Shown here piece after piece: positions 15,090 through 24,800 of a stretch of 42,109 nucleotides of DNA. The stretch covers positions 1 to 42,109 of the forward strand of contig JAYENL010000088.1 in NCBI GenBank assembly GCA_034722055.1. Reading direction: 5' to 3'. Made by a program: the position numbers and the translations under genes. Origin of the DNA: Armatimonadota bacterium (GTDB taxonomy: Bacteria; Armatimonadota; Zipacnadia; Zipacnadales; UBA5352). Positions within the stretch are counted from its first letter, which is position 1. Every line of letters starts with the position of its first letter. The notes beneath the pieces were generated by a model, which was given only the letters and a program-made list of their open reading frames with translations, was not told the origin of the DNA and made no database searches.

Positions 15090-17470
15090 CGGCTCTGATG
15101 CTCTCCTCGGTACGAGAGGTCTATCCACTCCAGAGCGTACCCACTGAGATCGCCGTCGTCCCCATCGCTCGACTGGAGCCTGACGCGCACCAGCCCCCGG
15201 GGCATCATGATGGCCGCCTCGGGCTCCGGCACCCGCACCTGGAACTGCTGCTGCAGGCTCTCGGTGATGGTCTGCCACTCGTGCTCCCGCCAGTTGTAGA
15301 CGGACAGGCGCTGCTGGGGCAGGAGGCCCTCGCCGGGATCGTGCGCGAACCTGCCGTGAACGGAGAGCCGGTCATGCCTGACCGCGGTCTCCAGCGGCAG
15401 GAAAAACTCCACGATCATCCCCTCCCGCTCTTTGCGCAGCTCCGACCTGTCCTCGCCCCACCAGCGTCTGAGCGGCCACGCGGACCATGAGCCCGTCGTG
15501 CTGGTGAGCGCCGCCCCGACCGGCATCTCCACCGTCGGCCCTGAGGCTGCGACCGGCAGGCGCACGACGTAGAGGTGCTGCTCGTGAGCCGTCGCCACCG
15601 ACTCCCGCACCTGGGGGCCACGCGCGGGCGGCGGCCCCCAGCCGATCAGCAGCGGGTCCGCGCAGTCGGAGAGGACCTCCTCGGCGGTACTGCGGGCGAG
15701 ATACCATCGGTGGTGGTCCCCGCCGGCGTCCCACAGGTCCCAGCTCAGCCACGTCTTCAGGTCGGTCAGCGGCTGCACCTTGCGCAGCTCCCGCTCCGAC
15801 AGCTCGGGAGGCCCCAGCGGCAGACGCACCTTTCTGATCTCACCCGGTCTGATTGAGCCCAGCGTGGTGTTGTGCCACTTGTGCAGCAGCGTGCAATCGC
15901 TCAGCGCCACGGGCAGTTCGCTGTGGATCCAGCCCCGCAGGCCGGAGCCGTCGAGGTCCAGCTTGGCATGGACGGACCCCTCCGTGACTACCGCCGGGTA
16001 GTGGACGGCCCGCATCGTCCAGCGCTTGACGCGCATGCCCCTGATTGCCATGCCGCTGGGCCCGAGATGCAGCGGCGGCAGGTGATGGCCCTCGTATCTG
16101 GGCATCCACTCCTCCTGGAACTCGCGCAGTGGCAGGTCCGCCCGCGGCAGCTCGACATCGTAGGAGCGGGTGCGGGTCGAGAGGACGCCATCGAGCATAA
16201 CCGTCCCCCCTGTGGGCGTGCCGGCGGAAAGGACGGTGATCGACTGGTGGACCGACAGCGGCTGATCCCGGTGCAGGAAGGGGCTCATGACCACCGCGGC
16301 GACCACGAAGACCAGCGCCGCCACCGGGGCCGTGACCACCAGCCACTCCCGCCGCCGCACTCGGCGCAGCAGGAGGAAGTTCAGCGGCCCCATCACCACG
16401 ATCAGGATGCCAAGATAGATGAGCAGGGGGGTGCCCAGGCGGCCCAGCCTGCTCTCGGCGGGCACGAGACTCCAGGGGAGATCGCTTCTACGGAAGGGCA
16501 TGCTGCCGCTGCCCTCCAGGGCCGCGGACCAGAAGCTGCGCTGGAAGGAGAGCTCGTCAGCCGGGCTGGCGAACTGCATCCATTCGGGATCGACGGTCAG
16601 CCCCCGGACGCGGCCGGCGCCGAGGCTGTGCTCGAACACGATCACGCCTGCGTCCGAGGCCGCCACCACGTCCGTCCTGTGGGGGTCGCACGGGACCACG
16701 CGCCTCACGGCCGCGCCGAGGTCCGCCCTGGGCGCGAAGATGGCGGCAGCGTCGATGCTGGGGTGCACGAATAAGGCGCCCTCGCGAGGGTCCACGTAGG
16801 TGAGGGCCGCCAGCCCGGGGTCTCGGGCGTTCTCGGCCAGGAACGGGGCCGATAGCACCAGCAGGCCGCCGGTCGAGGTCCGTTGCAGGATGCCGCGGCG
16901 GGCCGGCGGCGGGATGTCATCCAGCCGCGCCATGTCCAGGAGGATGCAACTGGCGGCATCGTAGGCCCGAGCATCGGCGGGGGCCTCTGTGGGCGCAAGG
17001 ACAACGAGGTCCCCGGCGCCCTCCCCGATCCACGCGGTATCCTGGCGCTCGGTGATCGCAAGCACGAGGTAGTAGGACACGTCGGCCAGATCGTCGAGGC
17101 TCCACGTGTCCTCAAAGAGGATAGTTCCGCCGGAGGCGAACCTGAGGGTGGCTGTGCCGCCGTAGGCAGGAGCGAGGAGTGCGGTCCGGAAACGGCTCTC
17201 GCCCGTGGGCGCCGACACAGGCATGGAGTAGGAGGCGTCCGGTGGGCCGGCCTCGGTCTCCCCGTACCCCGGCCGGCGCATCTCGATCTGCAGGGTCCCC
17301 CTGACGGCCAGGCCGGGGTTGCTCACCGTGACCGTCGCCACGTTCCAGCGGCGGCCGACGTAGGACCCGTTCAGCCCTACCTCCAGGCCAACCGTGAGGC
17401 CGTCTTGTGCCCGCGCCCGTGGCGCCATCACCAACGCGACGCCGCACAGCAGCAACCGTGCCCAGCGCAT
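15086..17470 (-). CDS. Large membrane-anchored ABC-associated protein (signal peptide, GATase-like/Rossmann middle domain, central TM hairpin)
   Basis: Signal peptide, G-x-W-x-x-x-x-V-x-V-x-N, GGLLVL and G-x-G-x-V motifs, and the YL-x-x-x-x-x-x-GP-x-N-x-x-L-L-R-R...W-x-x-x-x-P TM motif. Translationally coupled to the ATPase. Confidence 0.7.
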   Translation of the reverse strand: MRWARLLLCGVALVMAPRARAQDGLTVGLEVGLNGSYVGRRWNVATVTVSNPGLAVRGTLQIEMRRPGYGETEAGPPDASYSMPVSAPTGESRFRTALLAPAYGGTATLRFASGGTILFEDTWSLDDLADVSYYLVLAITERQDTAWIGEGAGDLVVLAPTEAPADARAYDAASCILLDMARLDDIPPPARRGILQRTSTGGLLVLSAPFLAENARDPGLAALTYVDPREGALFVHPSIDAAAIFAPRADLGAAVRRVVPCDPHRTDVVAASDAGVIVFEHSLGAGRVRGLTVDPEWMQFASPADELSFQRSFWSAALEGSGSMPFRRSDLPWSLVPAESRLGRLGTPLLIYLGILIVVMGPLNFLLLRRVRRREWLVVTAPVAALVFVVAAVVMSPFLHRDQPLSVHQSITVLSAGTPTGGTVMLDGVLSTRTRSYDVELPRADLPLREFQEEWMPRYEGHHLPPLHLGPSGMAIRGMRVKRWTMRAVHYPAVVTEGSVHAKLDLDGSGLRGWIHSELPVALSDCTLLHKWHNTTLGSIRPGEIRKVRLPLGPPELSERELRKVQPLTDLKTWLSWDLWDAGGDHHRWYLARSTAEEVLSDCADPLLIGWGPPPARGPQVRESVATAHEQHLYVVRLPVAASGPTVEMPVGAALTSTTGSWSAWPLRRWWGEDRSELRKEREGMIVEFFLPLETAVRHDRLSVHGRFAHDPGEGLLPQQRLSVYNWREHEWQTITESLQQQFQVRVPEPEAAIMMPRGLVRVRLQSSDGDDGDLSGYALEWIDLSYRGEHQSR

Positions 17471-17745
17471 CGTACTCCCCCCGTCATATGCAACCTCGGC
17501 GCTTCTTTGGGATGGAGCTGCCCCCTCTGGCTACCCGATATCGCGGCCAGTCCGTCCTTCTGAGAGTGTATTCGCCTTGGACGACGTGACTCCCTTCTCA
17601 GCGGCCCGGTGGTAGACAGCAGGTCGAGATCCGGGAGGAACGCCGATTGAGGGGCGGCGGCTTCGGCTGCAAGCGCCATCAGTGATCCGCCTCGCGGGGC
17701 CTCGAAGTCAGACGTGCGGCCGGCAGATCGAGACATGCGCGGCAC

Positions 17746-20700
17746 CTACTCTCGGCTCAGCACCCAGGCGCGGGCGTCGCCGCCGTCGAGCTCCACTGCG
17801 ACCTGGCTGCCCGCAGCGGCCGGCTCGCCGGTGAAGAACTCCACGCACTGGGCGTAGCCCGCCGGCAGCGTCAGCGACAGGGACTGAGGCCTGGTGGAGC
17901 CGTTCATCAGCGCCACGATCATGGTGTCTCCCTGCCTCCGCGCTCCCGCCCAGTCAGCGCCCTCGGGCACGCCCTCAAGCTGCACGAACTCGCCCTCGGC
18001 GAATAGGTCCTCGTGGGCCGCAGCCAGCCGTGAGACCTCCGCGCTGGCCTGCCACGAGCGGCCCTCCATGGGCATGCGATCGTAGACCAGGATGCCACCC
18101 GTGCAGTCCATCAGCCGGCGGAGCAGCACCGCCCGCGTGCACGGCGTCAGGACGTCGTCGGAGCTGCGGTCAGACGGGCGCACGTGCCGGCCGACGATGA
18201 GGGGGATGCCACGGAGGGCCTCATGCGTGTCGCGAACGTACTCCCACCGGCGGCCATAGCCGCAGGAGGCGGCGTCGCAGGCCTGCAGCTCGCCGATCAT
18301 GGCCCAGTCCACACCGTAGCGCCACTTGGTGTCGTCTGACTGGTACCCGCTGTAGACCTGCAGGCGCGCCGGCGGCTCGGCGGCGTGGCAGGCGTCCTTG
18401 AACCTGCGGGCCAGCCGCGCCATGCGCAGGTTCATGAACTCGGTCCACTGGGGGAGGAGATCCCGCTCGATGACCTCAGCGCTCAGCTCCACGTCCTCGC
18501 CGATGCCGGCGTGCTCGCGGAACGCCGCCAGGCAGCGGGGGCAGAAGCACGACAGGTAGCCGGTCATCACCCCGGACTCGAAGTCCCAGGTGACCCAGTC
18601 CGCGCGGCGCTCGGCGATCTTCGCCTTCAACCTCTCGTCCACGTAGGGCCAGGCCTCATCCAGCACCGCCGACGGGCAGGCGTAGAGCTCGCTGGCCTCG
18701 CCGTCCCGGTCGATGAGGGCGGCGTCGGGATGCTCCTCGAGCCATGGCCTCATGTCGATGCTCCAGGACTCGAAGTTGATGCTCAGCACATTGTCAACGC
18801 CGTGGGCGTCGCCCATCTCGGAGGTCTCGCGATCGCCCGAGACCAGGTTGTTGAAGCCGGCGGCGCTCATCGCCTGGATGGACAGCTCCTTGCCGCGGGT
18901 CTTGTTCATCGCGCTGAAGAAGCTGCCCCAGAGCTGCCAGACGAGCCGCTGGGGCTGCCGACCGTCCAGGGCCGGCAGGGGCCGGACGGTGAAGTGCTGC
19001 CGCGCCTCCCGGATGCTGCCGCCGAGCGCCTCAGCCGCGTAGTAGACGGGGTAGTCGCGGTGCTCGGGCTCCGCGCCCGCGTCCCAGGCGAGGAAGACGT
19101 TGAACAGCTCCAGGATGCGCACGCTGTCGCGGTACCGGATGGGCTGGTCGGCGCTCACCACGTAGTGAACGTGCGGCCGGCCCTCGATCTCGACGTCGCC
19201 GATGCGCTCGATGGCGTACTCCCCCAGCCACTCGACGCCGCTGGCGTAGTAGCCGGTCACGGCCTCGGCCTTCAGTCCCTCGGGCAGCCACAGATGGCAG
19301 CGGTAGCCCTCGAGCAGGTGACCCGGCAGGCCGCGGGCGACGACGGTCACGTGCTGGGAGGTCCCGCGGCACACGTAGAGCGCCGGCTGAGAGTTCGGGA
19401 ATATGCGCGTGTCCTCCCAGAGGATCTCGAAGCGGAGCCTGCCGGGGCCGATGCGGGCGTTCGCCTCGCCCTCCCGGCGAGGCGCGACCTCCCACTCGCG
19501 GGGGTCAAGCTCCGGGGTGGAGGCATCCGCGACGTCGTCGGGTGCGACGCGCCACGGATCGGACCCGGTGATGACCAGGTCGCCGGCCGCTATGCGAATC
19601 TCCGCAGCGCCCTCCAGCTCCACCGCGAAGGCGTTGACGCCCTTGTGCAGGGAGACCTCGATCGGCCCGTCGCGCTCCGCGGACGCGCCCGACGCGGCGA
19701 CCCGGCCGTTGACCAGCAGCCGATAGGGGCTCTGGGTGGCCAGCGTGACCTCCGCCACGGAGGATCGGACGCTGCGCGTGTAGATGGGGGAGACTACCAG
19801 CGGCTCCAGCGTGGCGGCGTCGAGGAGGGCATAGCCGAACGCCACCTCGCCCTCGCTCTCGATGGGCAGCGGCGCCGCTGCCTCGCCGCCCGCCTCGCCG
19901 AACGCCCAGTGGCGAGACTCCGTGCCGTTATGGCGGACGCTCGCGCCCAGGAGGACGCCGCCCTCGCCGGCGCTCGGCGCGCAGCGCACCTCGTTGCCGC
20001 CGGGCTGCAGCGGCTCGGGCACGGTGATGACCGCGCCGGGCGTGGCGGACGAGAACCGCAGGTCGGCGAAGGCCGCGGGGTCATGCAGGCCCGGCGAACA
20101 CAGGTTCCAGGCGCTGGCCTCATCGTCCGCCTGTTCGATGCGCCCGGCGATGAAGCGCCAGGAGTCGCCGGGGCCGGGCGGCGGCACGCCGAGGCTGGCG
20201 AGGCTCACGCGCGCCTCCAGCGTCCAGAAGCCGTCTCCGACCTCGGACGCGCTCTGCACCCGGGCGTCGAAGCTGTCGTCGCGGCTGCTCCACATGCTGC
20301 CGGGGTCGGGGATGCGGGCGTCATTAACCGTGCCGGGGGCGTTGACGAACATGTCGAAGATGCCATCACCGGTGTCCAGGATGAGCATGGCGCAGTCGTC
20401 ATCCCACACGCGCCCGTCGCGCTCGGTGACGGACTGGCGGAAGTCGTGCAGGCGGTTCATCTCCGGCCGGAGGACAGGCTCGTCGCCGCGGAACCACCAG
20501 TAGAGGTTCTCCTCATCCCAGCACAGGCGCACCTGGGAGGGCTGCCGGGCGGGGACCGTCGAGCTGGTGCGTGTAAACCCCGTGAGCGCCACGGCGCTGC
20601 GCCAGCACTCCTCCTCCGCCATGCCGTCGAGCGTCGGCGGCTCTGCAGCGCGGCCGATGGTCACCGAGGGCCTGGCCGCAAGCGACAGCCGCCGGGCTCC

Positions 20701-21624
20701 CTGGAGCTGCTCGGGCGTGGGATCCGGCTCAGTCGTGATGACGATGTCGTCAAGCTGGGCATCACCGGGGCCCTGGCGGGAGCCGTAAAGCTGCAGGCGG
20801 AAGCTGTCACCGACCATGGCCGGGGTGAACGGCTCCCCGCCGATCCACTGCCAGTCGGGCGTGTCCTCGCCGAACATCTGGTTGACGCGTTGCGCGCCCG
20901 CGCCGGTATCGGCGATGACGGACCAGTAGGTCTCCTCGTCGGGCATGCGGGCGCGGGCGAAGACGTGGATCGGCCGGCTGGTGCGCGGGCATGGGATGCC
21001 CGTGAGCAGCGCGAAGCCGCGGCCCCTCACCACGGCGCCGCCGGAGGCGCCCTCCACCTGGGCCACGTGCTCCTCGTACGCTGAAAGCTCCTCGGCCTCG
21101 ATGCGCACCGGCGCCACCGCCACGTCCCAGGTGGTAGGGGCCGGCTCCAGGGAGACCGTCAGCGAGCGCACCTCCAGGATCATCGGCGCCGCCTCGCGCG
21201 TGACCATGCAGATGCTCATGCGGTCGTCTCCCAGCGCCAGGGGCTTGGTGAGCTCGATCTCGCGCCACTGGTCGGTCAGCGCGGCAGTCTCCCGGCTGTA
21301 CAGCCAGCCATTGCGCGAGTGCGCGATCAGCCAGACATCGCCGCTGCCACGTACCTCCGCGCGGATCGTGCAGCGCCGGCCACCCGGCAGCACCGGCGCG
21401 GTGCTGATGCGCAGGCCCTCGAGCTTCTGCTCCCCGGGCGCCTGGGCCCGCACGAGCCTCCGGCCCTCCTCCTCCAGCTCAGTCACCGCGACCGGCGAGC
21501 CCTCGTCATGGTAGGTGCTGAAGCCAGCGTTTGCCTCCACAAAGTCGGCCTGCCACAGTGGCTCCTGCGCTACTGCGACGGTCGTGCCCAGCACGATGGT
21601 GAGGGCCAATGTGATCCGTGTCAC
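17746..21624 (-). CDS. Large secreted carbohydrate-binding protein (CBM-like modules, CBM9-like domain, C-terminal putative glycoside-hydrolase barrel)
   Basis: GAGGTG upstream of GTG and a signal peptide. IEAE module, then PPTLDG...W...LCWDEENLY...WDDD...WTLEARV (CBM9-like). C-terminal ACP...WDFES...CFCPRC resembles GH42/GHL-like barrels. Confidence 0.7.
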   Translation of the reverse strand: MTRITLALTIVLGTTVAVAQEPLWQADFVEANAGFSTYHDEGSPVAVTELEEEGRRLVRAQAPGEQKLEGLRISTAPVLPGGRRCTIRAEVRGSGDVWLIAHSRNGWLYSRETAALTDQWREIELTKPLALGDDRMSICMVTREAAPMILEVRSLTVSLEPAPTTWDVAVAPVRIEAEELSAYEEHVAQVEGASGGAVVRGRGFALLTGIPCPRTSRPIHVFARARMPDEETYWSVIADTGAGAQRVNQMFGEDTPDWQWIGGEPFTPAMVGDSFRLQLYGSRQGPGDAQLDDIVITTEPDPTPEQLQGARRLSLAARPSVTIGRAAEPPTLDGMAEEECWRSAVALTGFTRTSSTVPARQPSQVRLCWDEENLYWWFRGDEPVLRPEMNRLHDFRQSVTERDGRVWDDDCAMLILDTGDGIFDMFVNAPGTVNDARIPDPGSMWSSRDDSFDARVQSASEVGDGFWTLEARVSLASLGVPPPGPGDSWRFIAGRIEQADDEASAWNLCSPGLHDPAAFADLRFSSATPGAVITVPEPLQPGGNEVRCAPSAGEGGVLLGASVRHNGTESRHWAFGEAGGEAAAPLPIESEGEVAFGYALLDAATLEPLVVSPIYTRSVRSSVAEVTLATQSPYRLLVNGRVAASGASAERDGPIEVSLHKGVNAFAVELEGAAEIRIAAGDLVITGSDPWRVAPDDVADASTPELDPREWEVAPRREGEANARIGPGRLRFEILWEDTRIFPNSQPALYVCRGTSQHVTVVARGLPGHLLEGYRCHLWLPEGLKAEAVTGYYASGVEWLGEYAIERIGDVEIEGRPHVHYVVSADQPIRYRDSVRILELFNVFLAWDAGAEPEHRDYPVYYAAEALGGSIREARQHFTVRPLPALDGRQPQRLVWQLWGSFFSAMNKTRGKELSIQAMSAAGFNNLVSGDRETSEMGDAHGVDNVLSINFESWSIDMRPWLEEHPDAALIDRDGEASELYACPSAVLDEAWPYVDERLKAKIAERRADWVTWDFESGVMTGYLSCFCPRCLAAFREHAGIGEDVELSAEVIERDLLPQWTEFMNLRMARLARRFKDACHAAEPPARLQVYSGYQSDDTKWRYGVDWAMIGELQACDAASCGYGRRWEYVRDTHEALRGIPLIVGRHVRPSDRSSDDVLTPCTRAVLLRRLMDCTGGILVYDRMPMEGRSWQASAEVSRLAAAHEDLFAEGEFVQLEGVPEGADWAGARRQGDTMIVALMNGSTRPQSLSLTLPAGYAQCVEFFTGEPAAAGSQVAVELDGGDARAWVLSRE

Positions 21625-21829
21625 GATGCGTCACCTCTGTCAGCATCAACGCGACGAGTGTGCTGCGCGGCGCAGACCACTGGACGCTCCTGTCGCCCGT
21701 GGCGGGCCGCGGCCCGGGGAGCGACATGATGAGGGCCCCTCGCACGAGGAGTCTGCTCCCGTGCAGCCGGGGCACCCTCGAATCGAGCCGGTTGCCGACA
21801 CCGGGCTGCTTGGGGTCGAGCGGCCTTTC

Positions 21830-24800
21830 TCAGGGCCTGGGCGCCTCTGCGCCGCGCTTGGCGGCGATCTGCTGGCGGGCGGTGGTGAGAAGCTGGACGA
21901 GCTGGTCGCGCAGCGGCCGCCCCTCCTCAACGCGCTCCAGCGTGCGCTCCAGGAACTGCGCCGCCTGCTCCGGGCGGTCCTTGGCCAGGTACGCCCGGGC
22001 AGCGGTGGCAAGCGCGAGCACCTCCGCCGGGGTGCCGCGGTGCCGGTCCGCCGCTCGCCGCCAGATCGCCAGCTCCTCCAGCAGCGATTGGCGGTACTTC
22101 ACTCTCAGATCGGCGTTCCTGAGCTCCTCTATGGCCTCGTCGAAGTGCGCTGCGTCCGGCCCTGCCGCAACGATGGCCAGCAGATTCGAGCGGCCGCGCA
22201 TCTCCCAGCGCAGCTCCAGCGCGCGCGGATCGTCGGGGTGGGCCTCCAGCACCCTCATCGCGATGGCGTGGATCTGATTCGGCTCACCGTGGGCCTGCAG
22301 CACCTCAAGCTGCCGATCCGGCAGGCGTTCCAGCAGCGCCTCGACGATCTCGGTCTCGGAGCCGGCCTCCGCCAGGAGGTCATCCGGCAGACCGGCCGCC
22401 CGTATCAGCTCCCCGTACTTCTCACGCCAGTTGGCCAGCATCTCCGCGTGCCGGCGCTTGAGCTTGGCGGGGTCCTGGAAGTAGCTGAGGGCCTTGAGGT
22501 GAGGCGGAAGGTCCTCGCGCCGGGTGTCCTCAAGCCGCGCTGAGAGCTGCTCAGCCACCGCCAACGCCTCATCCCAGCGCCTCTCGCTATTGAGCCGACG
22601 CACCCGCACCAGCAGCGCCTCAGTCGAATCCGGGTAACGGTCCTGGAGACGCTTGCGAGCGACCCGGCCGGCCTCCGCGACGTCGCGGCGCTCCTCCAGG
22701 CGCTCACCCTGGACCACCGCCCAGCTCAGCGCTGCACGCGCGATCTGCGTCTGCGGGTGATCCTCCGCCGTCTGCAGCGCCCGCTGAACCAGCGTGGCCC
22801 GCTGCTCGACGGTCACGCCGCGCTGGAACTCGAGGGCCAGGCAGGGGGCGAAGTCGGCAAATGCCTCCGGCTCCCCGCCATAGTGCCGCAGCGCCTCCAG
22901 CACGGACGGTAAGCATGGGCCATCCTTCGGCATGTCATACCGATCCGCCACCGCTGCGAGCTCCTGCAGGCGTGCCACGTCGCCATCCCCGAGCGCGCCG
23001 GGGCCGATATGCTCGAGGATCGCACCGGCGAGCGCCCGCGGCTCGGTCGTGGGCCCCACGTACGGCCCGGCATCCCAGTCCAGCCTCTCCAGCCACTCCA
23101 GCGCATCCGCGTGGCGGCCCGGACCCGGGGCCTCTGCATCCAGCAGCGGCCCCGTCCGCTCCCACGCGGTCTCGTAATCCTCTGTGAGGGCCCAGGTGCT
23201 GGCCAGCGCGGTACGCATGGGCAGCTCCCACGGGGTGCCGGCGTACCTCTCCGCCAGCTCCTGTAGCCGCGGTCGCACCCGCTGGGCGATCTCCGCCAGC
23301 GTGGCGCGGGGATCTCCGTGGCTCCAGATGGCGCGGTGCTCGAACTCAACGAAGACCAGGCCCAGCTCAGCCAGGGGGACATACTGCGACTGCGAGCACT
23401 CCTCCAGGATGCGCCGCAGGCGATCCTCAGCGCCCTCGCGCCCGTGCAGAATCCGGTACTCGCTCTGCTCCAGGATGATCTCGGCGCGGCGGTCCTGGCG
23501 CGCGGTCTCCTCCTCGGGCGAGAGCCCCTCGCGCGGCGCCGTTGGCTCCAGCGCCTCCTCCAGCGCCTCTCGCGCAGCCTCCTGCTCCTGGGCGTGGCGG
23601 AGCTGCGACTGGGCCCGCTCCAGCAGTTGCCGGGCGGCGTCGCGTGCGTCACAGCCGTACATGCGATCGAGGTCCGCCAGCACCTCTGCGACGCGCTCGT
23701 ACCGCTCGGCGTCGCTCAGATAGCGCGCTGCGATCAGCGCCGCCGCCGGCTCCAGCGGCGTGTTGCGGTGCTCGGCGATGAAGGCCTCTACGGCGGGAAG
23801 GCCCTCCTCGAGGTCCGCACGCACGCTCTCCTCCAGCTCACGGAGCCTCTCCCGAGCCGCGGCCTCCTCAGGAGCCAGGGGCGCGTAGAGGTCCGCCAGC
23901 CAGTCCGGCGGCTGGGGGCGGGCGTACTCGGACTCGACGCGCTCGCGCCACTGTTCGTCGGTGATGCGGCCGAACCGGGGCTCGACGAGCTCGTAGTAGG
24001 AGCCAACGTAGCCCACCGCTCCGTAGCGGTCGCCATCCTCCTCGGCCAGGACCACGATGGGGTAGAAGGGGCCGCTGGCGGCGTGGAGCACCTGCTTGGT
24101 CCACGAGGAGGTGCAGACGTCGGCGATCACCAGCGGGGTGTCGAAGAATGTGCCCTTGATCCAGGAGCCGAAGGTGCGGATCTCGCGGTCGGCCCAGGAC
24201 GTGTCACGGCCCGCGAGCTGATCGGCGGCGCACCGCTCGAAGGTCTCGGCCTTCGCCCCCAGGGCGTCCAGGACGTCGATGACGCGCCCCTGCAGTCCGC
24301 GCTCGACGAGCCGACCGCGCAGCTCGCCGCACATCTGAGCGTAGCGCCGGAAGAACCGGGGCAGGGGCTCGACGATGCCGCCGCCGGACGAGCCACCCAG
24401 GTAGGTGTAGGCCTGCGCGCCGTAGAGCATGTAGTTGTGGCGCAGATGCGCCCAGCTCGTGAGGCAGCAGTTGATCTGCTTTTCGTCCCATGCTCGTCCC
24501 TTCGCGAACTGCGGGAGGCCCTCCGGCTCCTCGAAGAGCGTGCGCAAGGTGTCCAGCCACGCCCCGTAGATGCTGTCACCGGTCATCTGCGGCCCGAACT
24601 CGCGGGCCCTGGGCACGACATCGGGGAAGTCGGCGGCGACCTCGGCCAGCTTAGCGGCCGCCGCCTCCGAGCCCAGGGCCGTGGCGACATCCAGGCCCGT
24701 GGGCAGGTGACGGTGCTCTATCTGCGGCTCGCAGGTGTGGTGGAAGAGGTCGCTGTCGGGGATATAGTGCTCGCCGAGGACGGCGACATTCCACGGCGGC

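Noticed and set aside
15090..15278. N-terminal extension of the ABC ATPase in the ORF track
   Set aside because: It overlaps the upstream gene by about 190 nt; GTG 15089 in a GTGA overlap gives a normal ATPase start.
17655..17670. cUUCGg-type hairpin as a terminator
   Set aside because: Short 5-bp stem with no U-tract on either strand; likely chance in GC-rich DNA.
18385..21084. 899-aa + strand ORF
   Set aside because: Antisense shadow of the 17746-21624 gene, expected from high GC3, with no motifs.
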